Assembly (NCBI GenBank): GCA_964647465.1
Contig: CAZYFS010000001.1
Coordinates: 28,690 to 92,689, forward strand
Length of the DNA stretch: 64,000 bases
Direction of reading: 5' to 3'
Source: an uncultured Candidatus Saccharibacteria bacterium
GTDB taxonomy: Bacteria > Patescibacteriota > Minisyncoccia > Minisyncoccales > UBA1441
Shown: piece by piece, positions 1 through 10,915 of the stretch
Layout of the letters: each line of letters begins with the position of its first letter
Numbering within the stretch: position 1 is the stretch's first letter
Notes under the pieces: generated by a model
The model's input: the letters and a program-made list of their open reading frames with translations, nothing else
Database searches by the model: none
Told to the model about the DNA's origin: nothing
Translations under genes and position numbers: made by a program

Positions 1-1112
1 TCTAAAATAAATCTTTTTGGCTTAACTCGTTCAAAGTGTTTTTTCTTAAACGTACAATAACTTTCTGCTAGATGCTTGTCGCTAATAATTATTGATAGCA
101 TCCGATATTTATAAGAAAGATAAAAAGCTTCTATCGTTCTTTGATAAGCTTCTTCAGCATCTCCAGGAGCAATAACAAGACGAGGAAATTCTCCGTGCCC
201 AATATTTAAAGCAAATTTAAGATCGCCCTGTGAATTGTAAGTAGGAACTCCTGTTCCCGGAGAAGTTCGCTGAGCAAAATAAAGAACAAGAGGAATTTCG
301 GCCATTCCAGCCAAGCTAATAGCTTCTCCCATTAGAGCCACTCCTCCTCCTGAACTTCCTACCATTGCTGTTGCCCCAGCATAACTTGCCCCCAAAGCGG
401 CATTGATCACTGAAATCTCGTCATCTAATTGGGCAACCAAGAAATTGCCCTTCTTTTGTTTCTTGGCTAATTCATGCAACACTCCCGTCGCTGGAGTCAT
501 TGGATAGGCAAAATAGATGTCAAGACCAGATTTAATTGCTCCTTCGCTTACTCCCTTGCTTCCACTTAAAAAAGAAAGAGCCTCCTTTGATCTGGGTAAC
601 TTTTCTATTGACTCGACAGGTATTTTATAGCCAGCTTGAATTGTCTTTTTGATTGCTTGAACTTGTCGAGGAAATTCTTTAGTAACAGCTTCCAACACTG
701 GCTTTAACTCCAATCCCCATTTTTTCATCAGAACGCCAATCAAAATATTATTACTAAAATTACCCTCTAGTTTTAATTTTTGTAAAATTGCTTCTGTGTT
801 AACCGAAATAATATTTCGTCCGCTTTCTTCCTCTTTGGTTAAAATAAAACCACTCGGTTTAAGATCTTTTTTATGTTGCTGAATTGTTTTTTTGTCCAAG
901 GCAAGAATTACGTCAAATTTCCATTCATGCGAATAAATTGGGCTATCAGAAAAAGTAGTAATATTAAAATTATGAACCCCTCTAATGGCCGAAGGATAAT
1001 CGCGATAAGTAAAAGAATAAATACCAAAATGAGCCAAAAGTTTGCCCAATAAAATAGAGGTAAAATTCGTTCCTATTCCCGCTTCTCCTCCAATTAAAAT
1101 AGTTTTCTTCAT
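1..1112 (-). CDS. 2-oxoacid:ferredoxin oxidoreductase, fused gamma-alpha subunit (5' part of the gene; runs off the window start)
   Basis: Manual reverse-complement translation from the ATG at 1110-1112 gives MKKTILIGGEAGIGTNFTSILLGKL... (gamma-subunit-like N-terminus). This is followed by VINAALGASYAGATAMVGSSGGGVALMGEAISLAGMAEIPLVLYFAQRTSPGTGVPT, typical of the KorA/PorA alpha subunit. It is absent from the ORF track because no stop lies inside the window. Confidence 0.6.
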   Translation of the reverse strand, partial: MKKTILIGGEAGIGTNFTSILLGKLLAHFGIYSFTYRDYPSAIRGVHNFNITTFSDSPIYSHEWKFDVILALDKKTIQQHKKDLKPSGFILTKEEESGRNIISVNTEAILQKLKLEGNFSNNILIGVLMKKWGLELKPVLEAVTKEFPRQVQAIKKTIQAGYKIPVESIEKLPRSKEALSFLSGSKGVSEGAIKSGLDIYFAYPMTPATGVLHELAKKQKKGNFLVAQLDDEISVINAALGASYAGATAMVGSSGGGVALMGEAISLAGMAEIPLVLYFAQRTSPGTGVPTYNSQGDLKFALNIGHGEFPRLVIAPGDAEEAYQRTIEAFYLSYKYRMLSIIISDKHLAESYCTFKKKHFERVKPKRFIL

Positions 1113-1140
1113 TTTTAAATTAATTATCGCTTTATAGTTT

Positions 1141-2970
1141 TTATTCAACTGTTACGCTTTTTGCTAGATTGCGAGGCTTGTCAACATTAAAACCTTTTTC
1201 CACTCCAATATAATAAGCAAAAAGCTGCAAAGGAATAACTCCCAAAATTGGCCAAAGTATTTCTTCGACTAGGGGAAGATAAAGAATATCATCGACTTTT
1301 TTCTTTAAATCTTTATTGTCTTCGCTTGTGATCGCAATTACCTTTCCATGCCTAGCTTTTATTTCTTCAATCGCTAAAAGTGTTTTTTCGTAAACACTAT
1401 CTTTAGGAATAATCATCAGAGAGGGAAATTCTAAGTCAATCATGGCAATTGGTCCATGTTTTATCGCCCCAGCCTCTAATCCTTCGGCGTGAATGTAAGA
1501 AATTTCTTTTAATTTTAGCGCTCCCTCAAGGGCAAGAGGGTAATTATATTTTCGGCCGAGAAAAAGAAAATCTCTTGCGGAAGAATATTTTTGAGCTACT
1601 TTTTTGATTGTTGCTCTTTGTGATAAGATTTTCTCTGCTAAACCAGGCAATTCTGTAAGCCCTCGAAGAATTCTTTTTCCTTCCCCTAATGACATTTCTC
1701 TGTTCCGACCAAGGAAAACCATTAACAGAACAAACACTGTCAACTGAGAGACAAAAGATTTTGTTGCAGCTACTCCAATTTCTGGGCCAGCATGATTATA
1801 AATCCCAACATCTACTTCTCGGGCAATGGTCGAACCAACAACATTAATAATCCCAAGAGTTAGAGCTCCTTTTCTTTTGGCTTCTCGAACAGCAAAAAGA
1901 GTATCTGCCGTTTCTCCTGATTGAGAGACAGCTAAAACAATATCGCTTTTTCTAATCACTGGAGATCTATAACGGAACTCCGAAGCATTTTCTGCCTGAA
2001 CAATAATTCCAACGTGCTCTTCGATCGCATAAGCAGCAATTTTGGCTGCAATTAAAGCTGTTCCCATTCCTATAATTATAAGACGTTCTGCTTTTTTTAA
2101 AGTCAAAGAATATTTTTCAATTCCTCCCAACTTAGACAGACCTTCGTCCAAAACTATTCTTCCTCGGATAGCCCGACGAATAACTTCCGGCCCCTCCATT
2201 ATTTCCTTAAGCATAAAATGGGGATATCCTGATTTTTCAGCTTCTTTGATGTTCCATCCTATCGTTTGTGTCTTTTTTAACACTGGTTGATGATTCGCGT
2301 CAAAAATAGAAACTCCTTCGGGAGTAACTATTCCCATTTCATTATCATTAAGATAAATAATTTGCTTAGTATGCCCCAAGATGGCCGAAACATCAGAAGA
2401 AATAAATGTTTCTTCTTTGCCCTGCCCAATCAAAAGCGGGCTCGACTGACAAGCAAAAATAATTTTTCGGGAATCAAGAAGGGAAATAACCGCTATTGCA
2501 TAGGTTCCCTTTATTTTCTCTAAAGCCAACCGCACCGCATCTTCAAGATTCCCGTGAAAATATTCTTCAATTAAATGAGCAAAAACCTCGCTATCAGTTT
2601 CCGAAGAGAAAGAATGACCTTTTTCTTTTAATGCCTCTTTTAGGGCCCGATTATTTTCCACAACTCCATTATGGACAACGAAAACTTTTTTGTGACAATC
2701 CCAATGAGGATGGGCATTAGCTACCGAAGGTTCTCCGTTGGTTGCCCATCTAACGTGCCCAATTCCATAAAAACCGGATACTTTTTTATCCGAAATCTTC
2801 TTGGTTAAATTATCAACACCTCCTTTTGCTTTCGTAACTTGAGGTATCCCGTCTTTACTAAAAACAACTACTCCTGCTGAATCATACCCCCTATACTCAA
2901 GGCGCCTTAACCCCCCGACAATTATCGGGAGAGCTTGTCTCTTTCCAAGATAACCAATGATGCCACACAT
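1141..2970 (-). CDS. glmS: glutamine--fructose-6-phosphate aminotransferase
   Basis: 609 aa. N-terminal MCGIIGY (Ntn amidotransferase Cys2), then two SIS domains and a C-terminal ...KPRNLAKSVTVE, the canonical GlmS architecture. Confidence 0.95.
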   Translation of the reverse strand: MCGIIGYLGKRQALPIIVGGLRRLEYRGYDSAGVVVFSKDGIPQVTKAKGGVDNLTKKISDKKVSGFYGIGHVRWATNGEPSVANAHPHWDCHKKVFVVHNGVVENNRALKEALKEKGHSFSSETDSEVFAHLIEEYFHGNLEDAVRLALEKIKGTYAIAVISLLDSRKIIFACQSSPLLIGQGKEETFISSDVSAILGHTKQIIYLNDNEMGIVTPEGVSIFDANHQPVLKKTQTIGWNIKEAEKSGYPHFMLKEIMEGPEVIRRAIRGRIVLDEGLSKLGGIEKYSLTLKKAERLIIIGMGTALIAAKIAAYAIEEHVGIIVQAENASEFRYRSPVIRKSDIVLAVSQSGETADTLFAVREAKRKGALTLGIINVVGSTIAREVDVGIYNHAGPEIGVAATKSFVSQLTVFVLLMVFLGRNREMSLGEGKRILRGLTELPGLAEKILSQRATIKKVAQKYSSARDFLFLGRKYNYPLALEGALKLKEISYIHAEGLEAGAIKHGPIAMIDLEFPSLMIIPKDSVYEKTLLAIEEIKARHGKVIAITSEDNKDLKKKVDDILYLPLVEEILWPILGVIPLQLFAYYIGVEKGFNVDKPRNLAKSVTVE

Positions 2971-3136
2971 AAAGTTATAAAATTAATCAAACTTTAGAAA
3001 AAACATCTTCTGCTTCTCTCTAAATATCCTCTTTTCAATATCTTCCTCTATCATATCACAAGCCTATCTTGAGTTCCAAAAAATCGGCTTAAAAAGGCCT
3101 TGACTCCTTGATCAACAACATCGTTATCCTTTTCTA

Positions 3137-5551
3137 TCAACTAACAAAGTTTATTAGTTTGTTCGGAACAAAAATCACTTTTGTTGGTTCAGAGCCAGAA
3201 AGATGTTTTTTAACTTTGGGTAAGGCTAGGGCTTTTTCTTGAATTTCCTCCTGTAGCGATCCTTTTAAAATAATCAATTCTCCCCGAACTTTTCCATCCA
3301 CCTGAATAACCAAAACCGTTTCTTTTTTTTCCGTTAAATTTTGAGCACAAACAGGCCATTTTTCGGCAAAAATAGATTTAAATTTTTTATTCTTTTTCTC
3401 TTTCTGCCACAACTCTTCTGTTAAGTGGGGGGCAAAAGGGGAAAGCAATAAAAGATAATCTTGATAATCGCTCCGCCTAATTTTGTTTTTCTTTTCTATT
3501 TCCCTTAATAAAATCATCAAAGCGCTAATTGCCGTATTGAACTTAAAATGCTTGATATCTTTCTCAACTTTTTTAATTGTTTGAGAAAATAAAATCTTTT
3601 CTTCTTCACTGATAACTAGATCATCGTCAACAACTTTTCCCTGTAAATCCCAGACTCTCTGTAAAAAACGGGAGGTTCCTACTACGCCATTTAATTGCCA
3701 AGTCCCCCCATCGCCGTAAGGACCCATAAAACAAAGATATGTCCTGACTGCATCTACCCCAAATTCCTTCACAATATCGTCCGGATCAACTACGTTACCG
3801 CGAGACTTTGACATTTTCTGTCCATCTGGACCCAAAATCATTCCTTGATGACGAAGTTTCAGAAACGGCTCAGAAAAATCTATTAATCCTATATCGCGCA
3901 TCGCTTTAGCAAAAAACCGCGCATAAAGAAGATGTAAAACTGCGTGTTCAGTTCCTCCAATATAGAGATCAACTGGAAGCCATGATTTTATTTTTTCCGC
4001 AGAAGCAATCTTTCTTTCATTTTGTGCATCAACGTAACGCAAATAATACCAAGAAGAATCAACAAAAGTATCTAGCGTATCAACTTCTCTTTTTGCTTCC
4101 CCTGAACAAAGAGGGCATTTTGTTTTCTGAAAAGTAGCTAAGCGAGCTAAGGGAGAAGATCCATCTTCTGTCGGTCGAAAATTACCAAGAGGCGGTAAAA
4201 TTACTGGTAATTGTTTTTCCTCGACAGGCATCCATCCATCTTTTGGACAATGAATCATCGGAATTGGTGTCCCCCAGTATCGTTGTCGCGAAACAATCCA
4301 ATCCCTTAATCGATAACGAACTGTTGATTTGACCTTAGTTCGTAACTGAAGTTCAGCTTTAATTTTAATCATCGCTTCCGCTGAAGAAAGGTTGTTCATC
4401 TTCCCCGAATCAACTAAAACGCCTTCTCCGGGATAGGGCTCTGAAGAAGAATTGCCGGGAGCTTGAATAACTTTTTTGATTGGTAGATCATATTTTTGAG
4501 CAAAGTCATAATCACGTTGATCGTGAGCTGGAACCGCCATCACCGCTCCAGTTCCGTAATTCATTAAAATATAATCAGCCAAGAAAATAGGAATTTCTTC
4601 TTTAGTAGCTGGATTCTGGGCTCTTATTCCTTCTAAAATAACTCCTGTTTTTTGCTTAACTGAGATAAGACGTTCTCTTTCTGTTTTTCTCGTTGTTTTT
4701 TCAATATATTGATTTACTTGATTCCAATTTTTAATCTTTGTTCTAACTTCCCCGACTAAAGGATGATCGGGAGAAAGAACAAGGTAGGTTGCCCCGAATA
4801 TAGTATCGAGCCGTGTCGTAAAAATTTTCACCGATCCACCAACAGTTAAGGGAAAGTCTACTTCTGTTCCTTCTGAGCGACCAATCCAATTTCGTTGCAT
4901 GGTTTTCGTCTTTTCCGGCCAATCTAGTTGATCTACTCCCAATAAAAGCTCCTCCGCATAATTGCTAATTCGGAAAAGCCATTGTTCCATCTCTCGTTGA
5001 ATAACTTGCGTTCCACACCTCTCGCATTTTCCTTCAACAACTTGTTCATTAGCAAGAACTGTCCGACAACGAGAACACCAATTAGCTTTAGTCTTTGCTC
5101 TATAAACTAGGCCTTTTTTGTAAAACTGGAGAAAAAGCCATTGTGTCCATCGATAATATTTCGGATCAGAAGTAATGATTTCTCGCGACCAATCATAAAT
5201 AGTTCCGATGGTTTTAATCTGCCCTTCCATCCGTTTAATATTTTGATAGGTCCAATCTTTAGGATCGATGCTGTGCTTAATAGCTGCGTTCTCGGCAGGG
5301 AGACCGAAACTATCAAACCCAACCGGCGACATTACGTTGAATCCTTGCATTTTCTTAAAACGAGCATAAGCGTCTGCCCCGACATAATTATACCAATGGC
5401 CAACATGAAGATTCCCTGAAGTATAGGGAAACATGACTAAATGATAAAAATTTTTCCGACCAAGAACACTATCAGATACTTTATAAATCTGTTCTTCTTC
5501 CCATTTTTGGCGCCATTTTTTTTCAATACTACAAGGAGAATAGTTTTCCAT
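3137..5551 (-). CDS. leuS: leucine--tRNA ligase
   Basis: 804 aa. HIGH-type motif (LHVGHWYNY), KMSKS present, and a CP1 editing region. Class I LeuRS layout. Confidence 0.95.
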   Translation of the reverse strand: MENYSPCSIEKKWRQKWEEEQIYKVSDSVLGRKNFYHLVMFPYTSGNLHVGHWYNYVGADAYARFKKMQGFNVMSPVGFDSFGLPAENAAIKHSIDPKDWTYQNIKRMEGQIKTIGTIYDWSREIITSDPKYYRWTQWLFLQFYKKGLVYRAKTKANWCSRCRTVLANEQVVEGKCERCGTQVIQREMEQWLFRISNYAEELLLGVDQLDWPEKTKTMQRNWIGRSEGTEVDFPLTVGGSVKIFTTRLDTIFGATYLVLSPDHPLVGEVRTKIKNWNQVNQYIEKTTRKTERERLISVKQKTGVILEGIRAQNPATKEEIPIFLADYILMNYGTGAVMAVPAHDQRDYDFAQKYDLPIKKVIQAPGNSSSEPYPGEGVLVDSGKMNNLSSAEAMIKIKAELQLRTKVKSTVRYRLRDWIVSRQRYWGTPIPMIHCPKDGWMPVEEKQLPVILPPLGNFRPTEDGSSPLARLATFQKTKCPLCSGEAKREVDTLDTFVDSSWYYLRYVDAQNERKIASAEKIKSWLPVDLYIGGTEHAVLHLLYARFFAKAMRDIGLIDFSEPFLKLRHQGMILGPDGQKMSKSRGNVVDPDDIVKEFGVDAVRTYLCFMGPYGDGGTWQLNGVVGTSRFLQRVWDLQGKVVDDDLVISEEEKILFSQTIKKVEKDIKHFKFNTAISALMILLREIEKKNKIRRSDYQDYLLLLSPFAPHLTEELWQKEKKNKKFKSIFAEKWPVCAQNLTEKKETVLVIQVDGKVRGELIILKGSLQEEIQEKALALPKVKKHLSGSEPTKVIFVPNKLINFVS

Positions 5552-5592
5552 AATTTTAAAATATCAAACAAAAAAGTTTTTTACAATTTTAA

Positions 5593-6351
5593 CTAAAGAT
5601 GAAATAATTTTTTGGCATTCACTGTTGTTTGTTCGGCCACTTCTCTTGATGATTTGTTTTTAACTTTAGCAATTTTATCAACAACATGCCGAACGTTAGT
5701 GGGAACATTTCTTTGGCCATTAAAAAGGGGAGGACGAAGATAAGGACTATCTGTCTCCACTAATATCCTGCCTAAAGGAATGTTTTTAATAATATCATCT
5801 AAATTAACCCTGAGAGAAAGACCATTAACTCCTAGATAAAAACCATAATCCAAAAGATGCTGAGCTTGAGAAAGCGTTCCTTCAAAGCAGTGAACAACGC
5901 CTTCTAGTCGCTGCTGGAAAAATTCTTCTTTAAAAACGCTCAATAGTTGCTGATAGGCTTGGCGACAATGGATGATAACTGGCAGAGATAATTTTTGTCC
6001 CAATCTTATTTGTCTAAGCAATAATATTATTTGCCTGGTTTCTTCTGCTAATGTTCTTTTCTTGTGATAAAAATCTAATCCAATTTCTCCAATAGCCACC
6101 ACCTTGGGTTGTTTTGCTAATTTCTCGTAAGAAGCAAAATCTTCCTTCTCTTCCTCTAATGGATGAAGACCAACAGCTGCATAAACTCCTTTGTCGTATT
6201 TTTGAGCAATTGCTGTTGCTTTTCGGGAAGTTTCTAAATCAACACCAACGTTGATCATCCAGGTATTTTGCTTAAGAGTTTCATTGGCAATCACCTCCCA
6301 ATCGTTTTGAAATTCCGGTAGATTAAGATGACAATGGCTATCAAAAAACAT
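5593..6351 (-). CDS. tatD: TatD-family metal-dependent DNase/hydrolase
   Basis: FDSHCHL N-terminal motif and a TIM-barrel hydrolase pattern. The track ORF extends to 6402. The likely true start is the ATG at 6349-6351 (MFFDSHCHL), which overlaps the metG stop as TAATG. Confidence 0.8.
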   Translation of the reverse strand: MFFDSHCHLNLPEFQNDWEVIANETLKQNTWMINVGVDLETSRKATAIAQKYDKGVYAAVGLHPLEEEKEDFASYEKLAKQPKVVAIGEIGLDFYHKKRTLAEETRQIILLLRQIRLGQKLSLPVIIHCRQAYQQLLSVFKEEFFQQRLEGVVHCFEGTLSQAQHLLDYGFYLGVNGLSLRVNLDDIIKNIPLGRILVETDSPYLRPPLFNGQRNVPTNVRHVVDKIAKVKNKSSREVAEQTTVNAKKLFHL

Positions 6352-7814
6352 TAATTGGTTTTTGGAAACAATGGCTTGCCCACCTTTCCCTCTTTCAGGC
6401 ATTGTTGTATTTTGATTGCGCTCTGTGGAAGAAAAGGAGAAAGAAGAGTGGATATTTTTAGAAGAACAAAAAGAATATTATCTACAACTTTCTTCTTTTT
6501 TTCTGTCTCTTTCCACAATTCTTCCTGTTCAATATATTGATCACAAAAAGCTATTAAGCTCCAAATCAAACTTAAAGCCTCACGGAAATTAAACCCTTCT
6601 ATCGCTTTTTGAAAAGATTTCTCCACTTCTTCTATGGCTTCCTTTGCGTTTTCGTCAGATAATTCTGGGGATGCTTCTACCTTTTGAGACAAGGGAATAA
6701 TTCGAGAGAGAAGATTTCCCAAACCACTTGCTAAATCAGAATTATAATGCTCCTCAAATTTGATGATGGAAAAATTTCCATCTTTCGCTAAAGGCATTTC
6801 TCGAAGCAAGAAATAACGAACAGCATCCACCCCATACTTTTTAATCAAAGGGAAAGGATCGACTATATTTCCGGTTGTTTTAGACATTTTCCCTCCCTCA
6901 ATCGTTAAAAATCCGTGAATAAAAATAGTTGAAGGAAGAGGAAGCCCCGCCGAAAGTAACATTGCTGGCCAGTAAATAGCATGGAACTTCAGAACATCTT
7001 TCCCAATAACATGTGTTTTGTGTGAGTTATCTCCCCACCATGCTTGAAATTTTTTTGGGTCTTCTTCGTAACCCAGGGCGCTAATATAATTAATCAAAGC
7101 ATCAAACCAACACCAAATTTTTTGACTTTTATCGCCCGGAACATCTATGCCCCACCCAAAAGTCCTTTCTTGAGAGCGAGAAATGCAAAAATCTTCCAAC
7201 CCTCCTTTAATAAACCCAAGAACTTCATTTTTTCGTTCTTCCGGAACAATTTTAATTGTATCATCCGTGATGATCTTCTTTAATTCTTTTTGATAAGAAG
7301 ATAACTTAAAAAAATAATTCTCTTCCTCTATCTCTTCTGGTTGGGTGTGGTGAACTGGACAAAGCCCATCCTTAAGATCGGCCGGCTTAATATAAGATTC
7401 GCACCCCGTGCAATAAAATCCCTTATATTTCTTTTTATAAATATCCTTTTTTATTTTCTTCCAGAATTTCTGCACTGCCAAAACATGCCTTTTCTCTGTT
7501 GTTCGGATAAAATCATCATAAGTTAGATTCAGTGCCGACTTTAGTTTGTAAAAATTATCAGCATTTTTTTTAACAAATTCTGGGGTTGTTAAACCAGTTT
7601 TTTTAGCCGCCTGAACAATTTTTAGCCCATTCTCGTCAGTACCACTCAAAAAGAAAACGTTCCTTCCCTGTTGGCGGAAATAACGAGATAAGCTATCGGC
7701 TTGGACTTTTTCCAACGCATGCCCTAAATGAGGAGCACCATTTACGTAATCAATAGCCGTACTAATATAAACCCTAGATGATGAATCTTTACTCATGTTT
7801 AACAATAACAACAA
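6351..7814 (-). CDS. metG: methionine--tRNA ligase
   Basis: 487 aa. YISTAIDYVNGAPHLGHA (HIGH region), KMSKTTGN (KMSKS), and Zn-knuckle cysteines CTGCESY...CPVH. Confidence 0.9.
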   Translation of the reverse strand: MLLLLNMSKDSSSRVYISTAIDYVNGAPHLGHALEKVQADSLSRYFRQQGRNVFFLSGTDENGLKIVQAAKKTGLTTPEFVKKNADNFYKLKSALNLTYDDFIRTTEKRHVLAVQKFWKKIKKDIYKKKYKGFYCTGCESYIKPADLKDGLCPVHHTQPEEIEEENYFFKLSSYQKELKKIITDDTIKIVPEERKNEVLGFIKGGLEDFCISRSQERTFGWGIDVPGDKSQKIWCWFDALINYISALGYEEDPKKFQAWWGDNSHKTHVIGKDVLKFHAIYWPAMLLSAGLPLPSTIFIHGFLTIEGGKMSKTTGNIVDPFPLIKKYGVDAVRYFLLREMPLAKDGNFSIIKFEEHYNSDLASGLGNLLSRIIPLSQKVEASPELSDENAKEAIEEVEKSFQKAIEGFNFREALSLIWSLIAFCDQYIEQEELWKETEKKKKVVDNILFVLLKISTLLSPFLPQSAIKIQQCLKEGKVGKPLFPKTN

Positions 7815-8469
7815 ATTCTCCTTTTACTTTCCCTGTTTCTATTTCTTTAATAACTGAAAGTATTTCTCCTTGATGTAACGTTTCAAACTTTTTAGTCAAT
7901 TCTCGGCCAACAAAAATTTCTATTGTCTGATCAATTTCTGCTAATTGCTTGAGCGTTTTGATAATTCGATAGCAAGATTCATAGAAAATAATGGGATATT
8001 TTGCTTCTATTATCTCTCGAAGAAATTTATTTCTCTTTTTCTTCTTCGGAAGAAATCCAAGAAAACAAAATCTATCCATCGGGAAGCCACAAACGCTAAT
8101 CGCTGTCGTGAGAGCCGAAGGCCCGGGAATGGGAACAATGCTTTTATCCCCAAGAGCAACTCTTGTTTGAGCTACTAATTTATTTCCTGGATCAGAAACC
8201 CCTGGCGTTCCAGCATCACTAACTAAAGCAATTTTTTTACCTTCCTTTAATAAGCTAATGATCTTCTTTTCTTCTAGCCAAGAACTATGTTGATGATATC
8301 TTTTGATCGGCGTTTTTATCTCATAACGTTGAAGCAATTTTTGTGTCCATAGAGGATTTTCGGCCACTATTAAGTCAACTTCCGTTAAAACTCGTTTAGC
8401 CCGAAGCGTAATATCTTCCGTGTTTCCAATTGGTAAAGCAACAATATAAAGGATAAGACAAGAATAAAT
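7789..8469 (-). CDS. rsmI: 16S rRNA (cytidine1402-2'-O)-methyltransferase RsmI; start codon uncertain
   Basis: The track ORF 7789..8367 starts at a GTG (MAENPLW) and contains GTPGVSDPG. The in-frame upstream sequence is open to 8475 and encodes the conserved RsmI N-terminus LYIVALPIGNTEDITLRAKRVLTEVDLIVAENPLW. No ATG/GTG/TTG lies in that stretch; candidate ATT starts are at 8467-8469 and 8470-8472. Confidence 0.75.
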   Translation of the reverse strand: MYSCLILYIVALPIGNTEDITLRAKRVLTEVDLIVAENPLWTQKLLQRYEIKTPIKRYHQHSSWLEEKKIISLLKEGKKIALVSDAGTPGVSDPGNKLVAQTRVALGDKSIVPIPGPSALTTAISVCGFPMDRFCFLGFLPKKKKRNKFLREIIEAKYPIIFYESCYRIIKTLKQLAEIDQTIEIFVGRELTKKFETLHQGEILSVIKEIETGKVKGEFVVIVKHE

Positions 8470-8471
8470 AA

Positions 8472-9614
8472 TTAATTATCGAGCTCGGAGACATCAATGC
8501 GTTTCCCCCATTCATCTCCTTTTTCCCCTTCCTCCTCTTCTTCGGCCTTATTATTATCAATAAATTGCTCCTGTTCCTCGCTAGATCCTTCTTCTTCAGG
8601 GGTAAGATAATCTCCTCTCTTTAGATCAATTACGAATCGATATATAGCTGCTGTAATTGGAATAGCGAGAAAGGCGCCCAATATTCCAAATAATTTTCCT
8701 CCAACCGTAATAGCAAGTAAAATTAAATAAAGCGGGAGGTTAGTGAATTTCCTAATCAATAAAGGGGAAAAGACATGTCCTTCAATAAATTGAACTACAA
8801 ACATTATCCCTGTTATTAAGATAGCTGTCTCCCAAGAAATTTGGATTCCTATTGACATCCCTGCCAAAGCAATCGCGATTAAGGGTCCGATATAGGGAAG
8901 AAAATCTAACACCCCCCCGATGAGCGCTAAGATAAGGGCTGCCTCTACGTTAAATAATTGAAAAACAAGAAAATAGGCGGCAGCAATAAATAAACTACAA
9001 ATTATCCTCGTTCCGAACCAATGAAAGACCTCTTTACGACTACGATTCCAAGCAATAAGGATGCGACGATAATAACGTCTCGGAGAGAAAAACAAAAGAA
9101 GGTCTTCTGTCGCGCTTTCTTGTAAGGAAATAAATAGAGCCATTAATAAAATAAAGCTGAAGGAAAAAAGATTTCCCATGATAGTCGATAGAGAGTTAAA
9201 GATATTTCCCGCTATCTTTGTTAATAAGACCTGAAGAGTTTGATCGAAACTCTCTATTGTTTCTAATCCCTGGATCCCTATTGTTTGTAATATTGGTCCA
9301 ACCGTCGAAAGATATTGAGGAAAAGATTCAACAATCCCTCTCGCTTCCGTTAAAATTAAAGGAATACTAATTATCAACAAACCGGCAATTATTCCAAATA
9401 CTAAGATGTAAGAAAAAAGGGTTGCTATCCAATAAGGAATTCGTCCACGATGGAAAAAATCAATCACTGATTTTAATAAAACGGAAAGAATTAACGAAAA
9501 GATAACTAAAATTAAAATATCTCTCACTAGAAACAACACGTAGGCAATACCAATAGTTAAAACAACTTTCCAAATCGTTTTCCAAGAAACGTCTAAATGA
9601 TTTTCGATTGGCAT
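8472..9614 (-). CDS. AI-2E (PerM/UPF0118) family transporter, acidic C-terminal tail
   Basis: 380 aa, ~8 TM helices, typical AI-2E family size and topology. C-terminal EEEGSSEEQEQ...EEEEEGEKGDE. Confidence 0.6.
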   Translation of the reverse strand: MPIENHLDVSWKTIWKVVLTIGIAYVLFLVRDILILVIFSLILSVLLKSVIDFFHRGRIPYWIATLFSYILVFGIIAGLLIISIPLILTEARGIVESFPQYLSTVGPILQTIGIQGLETIESFDQTLQVLLTKIAGNIFNSLSTIMGNLFSFSFILLMALFISLQESATEDLLLFFSPRRYYRRILIAWNRSRKEVFHWFGTRIICSLFIAAAYFLVFQLFNVEAALILALIGGVLDFLPYIGPLIAIALAGMSIGIQISWETAILITGIMFVVQFIEGHVFSPLLIRKFTNLPLYLILLAITVGGKLFGILGAFLAIPITAAIYRFVIDLKRGDYLTPEEEGSSEEQEQFIDNNKAEEEEEGEKGDEWGKRIDVSELDN

Positions 9615-9620
9615 AATTCT

Positions 9621-10892
9621 TTACGAAATTAAGATTTCTTTAAAATCTTTTTGATGATAAGGGCCGATTAGGGCTAAATTCAGATTTTTGTTTTGAAAAA
9701 TATCACGGGCAACTTGGTCGACTTCTTCTTTCGTAACTTGATCAATTCGTGAACAAAACTCTTGAGGAGTAAGAAAATCCTCCTTTAATAATTCCCGCTG
9801 AGCATAATAATTAATAATTGCCTCAGAAGATTCTAAAGAGAGAAGAAAGGTTCCTTTAATGTATTCTTTCGCCTGAACTATCTCTTTTTCTTTAACCCCT
9901 TCTTTTTTAATTCTACCATACTCTTGTAAAATTAATTTTATTGCCATTGACGCCTTATCATTCCTCACTCCTGCCCGAGTCGCTAAAAATCCGGTATCTG
10001 TATAGGTTTCTGCTCTTGTTTGAACATAATAGGCTAGTCCATTCTTTTCTCGAATTGAATCAAAAAGCCGCGAACTCATATTTCCTCCTAATAAAGTTGC
10101 TAAAAGTTCTTGCGCATAACGCTTTTCATCTTGTTGAGAATATCCTCGTACCCCCAAATAAAGATGACTTTGGTCTGTTTCTTTGAATTGAATCAAGCTT
10201 TTTGGTTCTTCTTGAAATTCTTTGACTTCCGATTTTGCTTCAATCAACCCTTCTCCAATTCCCCGAAAAGCCGTCTCTATTCTTTCTTCTAAATCGCTGA
10301 TTGCCTTAATATCTCCGGCAACTCCAATCACTATATTGGGAGCAAGATAATAGCTATTCAAGTAATCTAGAAATTGATTTCTCTGGAAAGTCTTGATGTT
10401 CTCTTTTGTCCCGATGATATCCCATCCAGCTGGCTGATCGCCATAGAGTAAATTCTCCCAACAATCACCAATATGTTGCATCGGGGCATCGCGATACATA
10501 TTAAGTTCTTCAAGGATTACTCCTCTTTCTCGATTAAGATCAACAGTCCTAATTTGAGAATGTAAAAGAATATCGCTGACCCAATCTAGGGCCAAATCAA
10601 AATGCCTAGCTTGGACTTTAGCAAAATAACCAGTCAATTCTTTTCCCGTAAAAGCATTGTAAACACCTCCAACCTTATCAAGCGTCCCAGCAATTGCTAA
10701 AGAAGTGGGTCTTTTTTTCGTTCCCTTAAACATCATATGTTCTAGGAAATGAGAAATTCCATTTAGTTTTCTTGTTTCGTATTTAGACCCCGCTCCAATA
10801 AGGACCAAAACCGTTACCGCTTTTGTTCCTAATTGAGGAACAGTAATAAGACGAAGGTTGTTGGAAAAAATTTTTCGATTATACATAAACAA
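9621..10892 (-). CDS. M16-family zinc peptidase (insulinase/pitrilysin-like)
   Basis: Inverted zinc motif HFLEHMMFKGT (HxxEH) near the N-terminus. 423 aa, with both the active and inactive halves. Confidence 0.85.
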   Translation of the reverse strand: MFMYNRKIFSNNLRLITVPQLGTKAVTVLVLIGAGSKYETRKLNGISHFLEHMMFKGTKKRPTSLAIAGTLDKVGGVYNAFTGKELTGYFAKVQARHFDLALDWVSDILLHSQIRTVDLNRERGVILEELNMYRDAPMQHIGDCWENLLYGDQPAGWDIIGTKENIKTFQRNQFLDYLNSYYLAPNIVIGVAGDIKAISDLEERIETAFRGIGEGLIEAKSEVKEFQEEPKSLIQFKETDQSHLYLGVRGYSQQDEKRYAQELLATLLGGNMSSRLFDSIREKNGLAYYVQTRAETYTDTGFLATRAGVRNDKASMAIKLILQEYGRIKKEGVKEKEIVQAKEYIKGTFLLSLESSEAIINYYAQRELLKEDFLTPQEFCSRIDQVTKEEVDQVARDIFQNKNLNLALIGPYHQKDFKEILIS

Positions 10893-10915
10893 CGGGGATA
10901 TCTTTAAACCAATGA

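Noticed and set aside
2042-2720. Three track ORFs on the plus strand inside glmS (2042..2290, 2287..2523, 2496..2720)
   Set aside because: They are antisense to a well-supported conserved gene and have low-complexity, motif-free translations. They are spurious overlap ORFs. The same reasoning applies to other 60-110-aa track ORFs nested in leuS, metG, ileS, argS, dnaN, dnaA, the Cys-rich gene and others.
2971-3136. Possible glmS ribozyme or riboswitch in the 166-nt leader upstream of glmS (minus strand)
   Set aside because: Reading the reverse complement, I see none of the conserved glmS ribozyme core stretches and no convincing pseudoknotted structure. The region is AT-rich with only weak hairpins.
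3000-3136. Possible intrinsic terminator downstream of leuS (AAAAAGGCCTTGAC region)
   Set aside because: The stem is too short and imperfect and has no adjacent T-run on the relevant strand.
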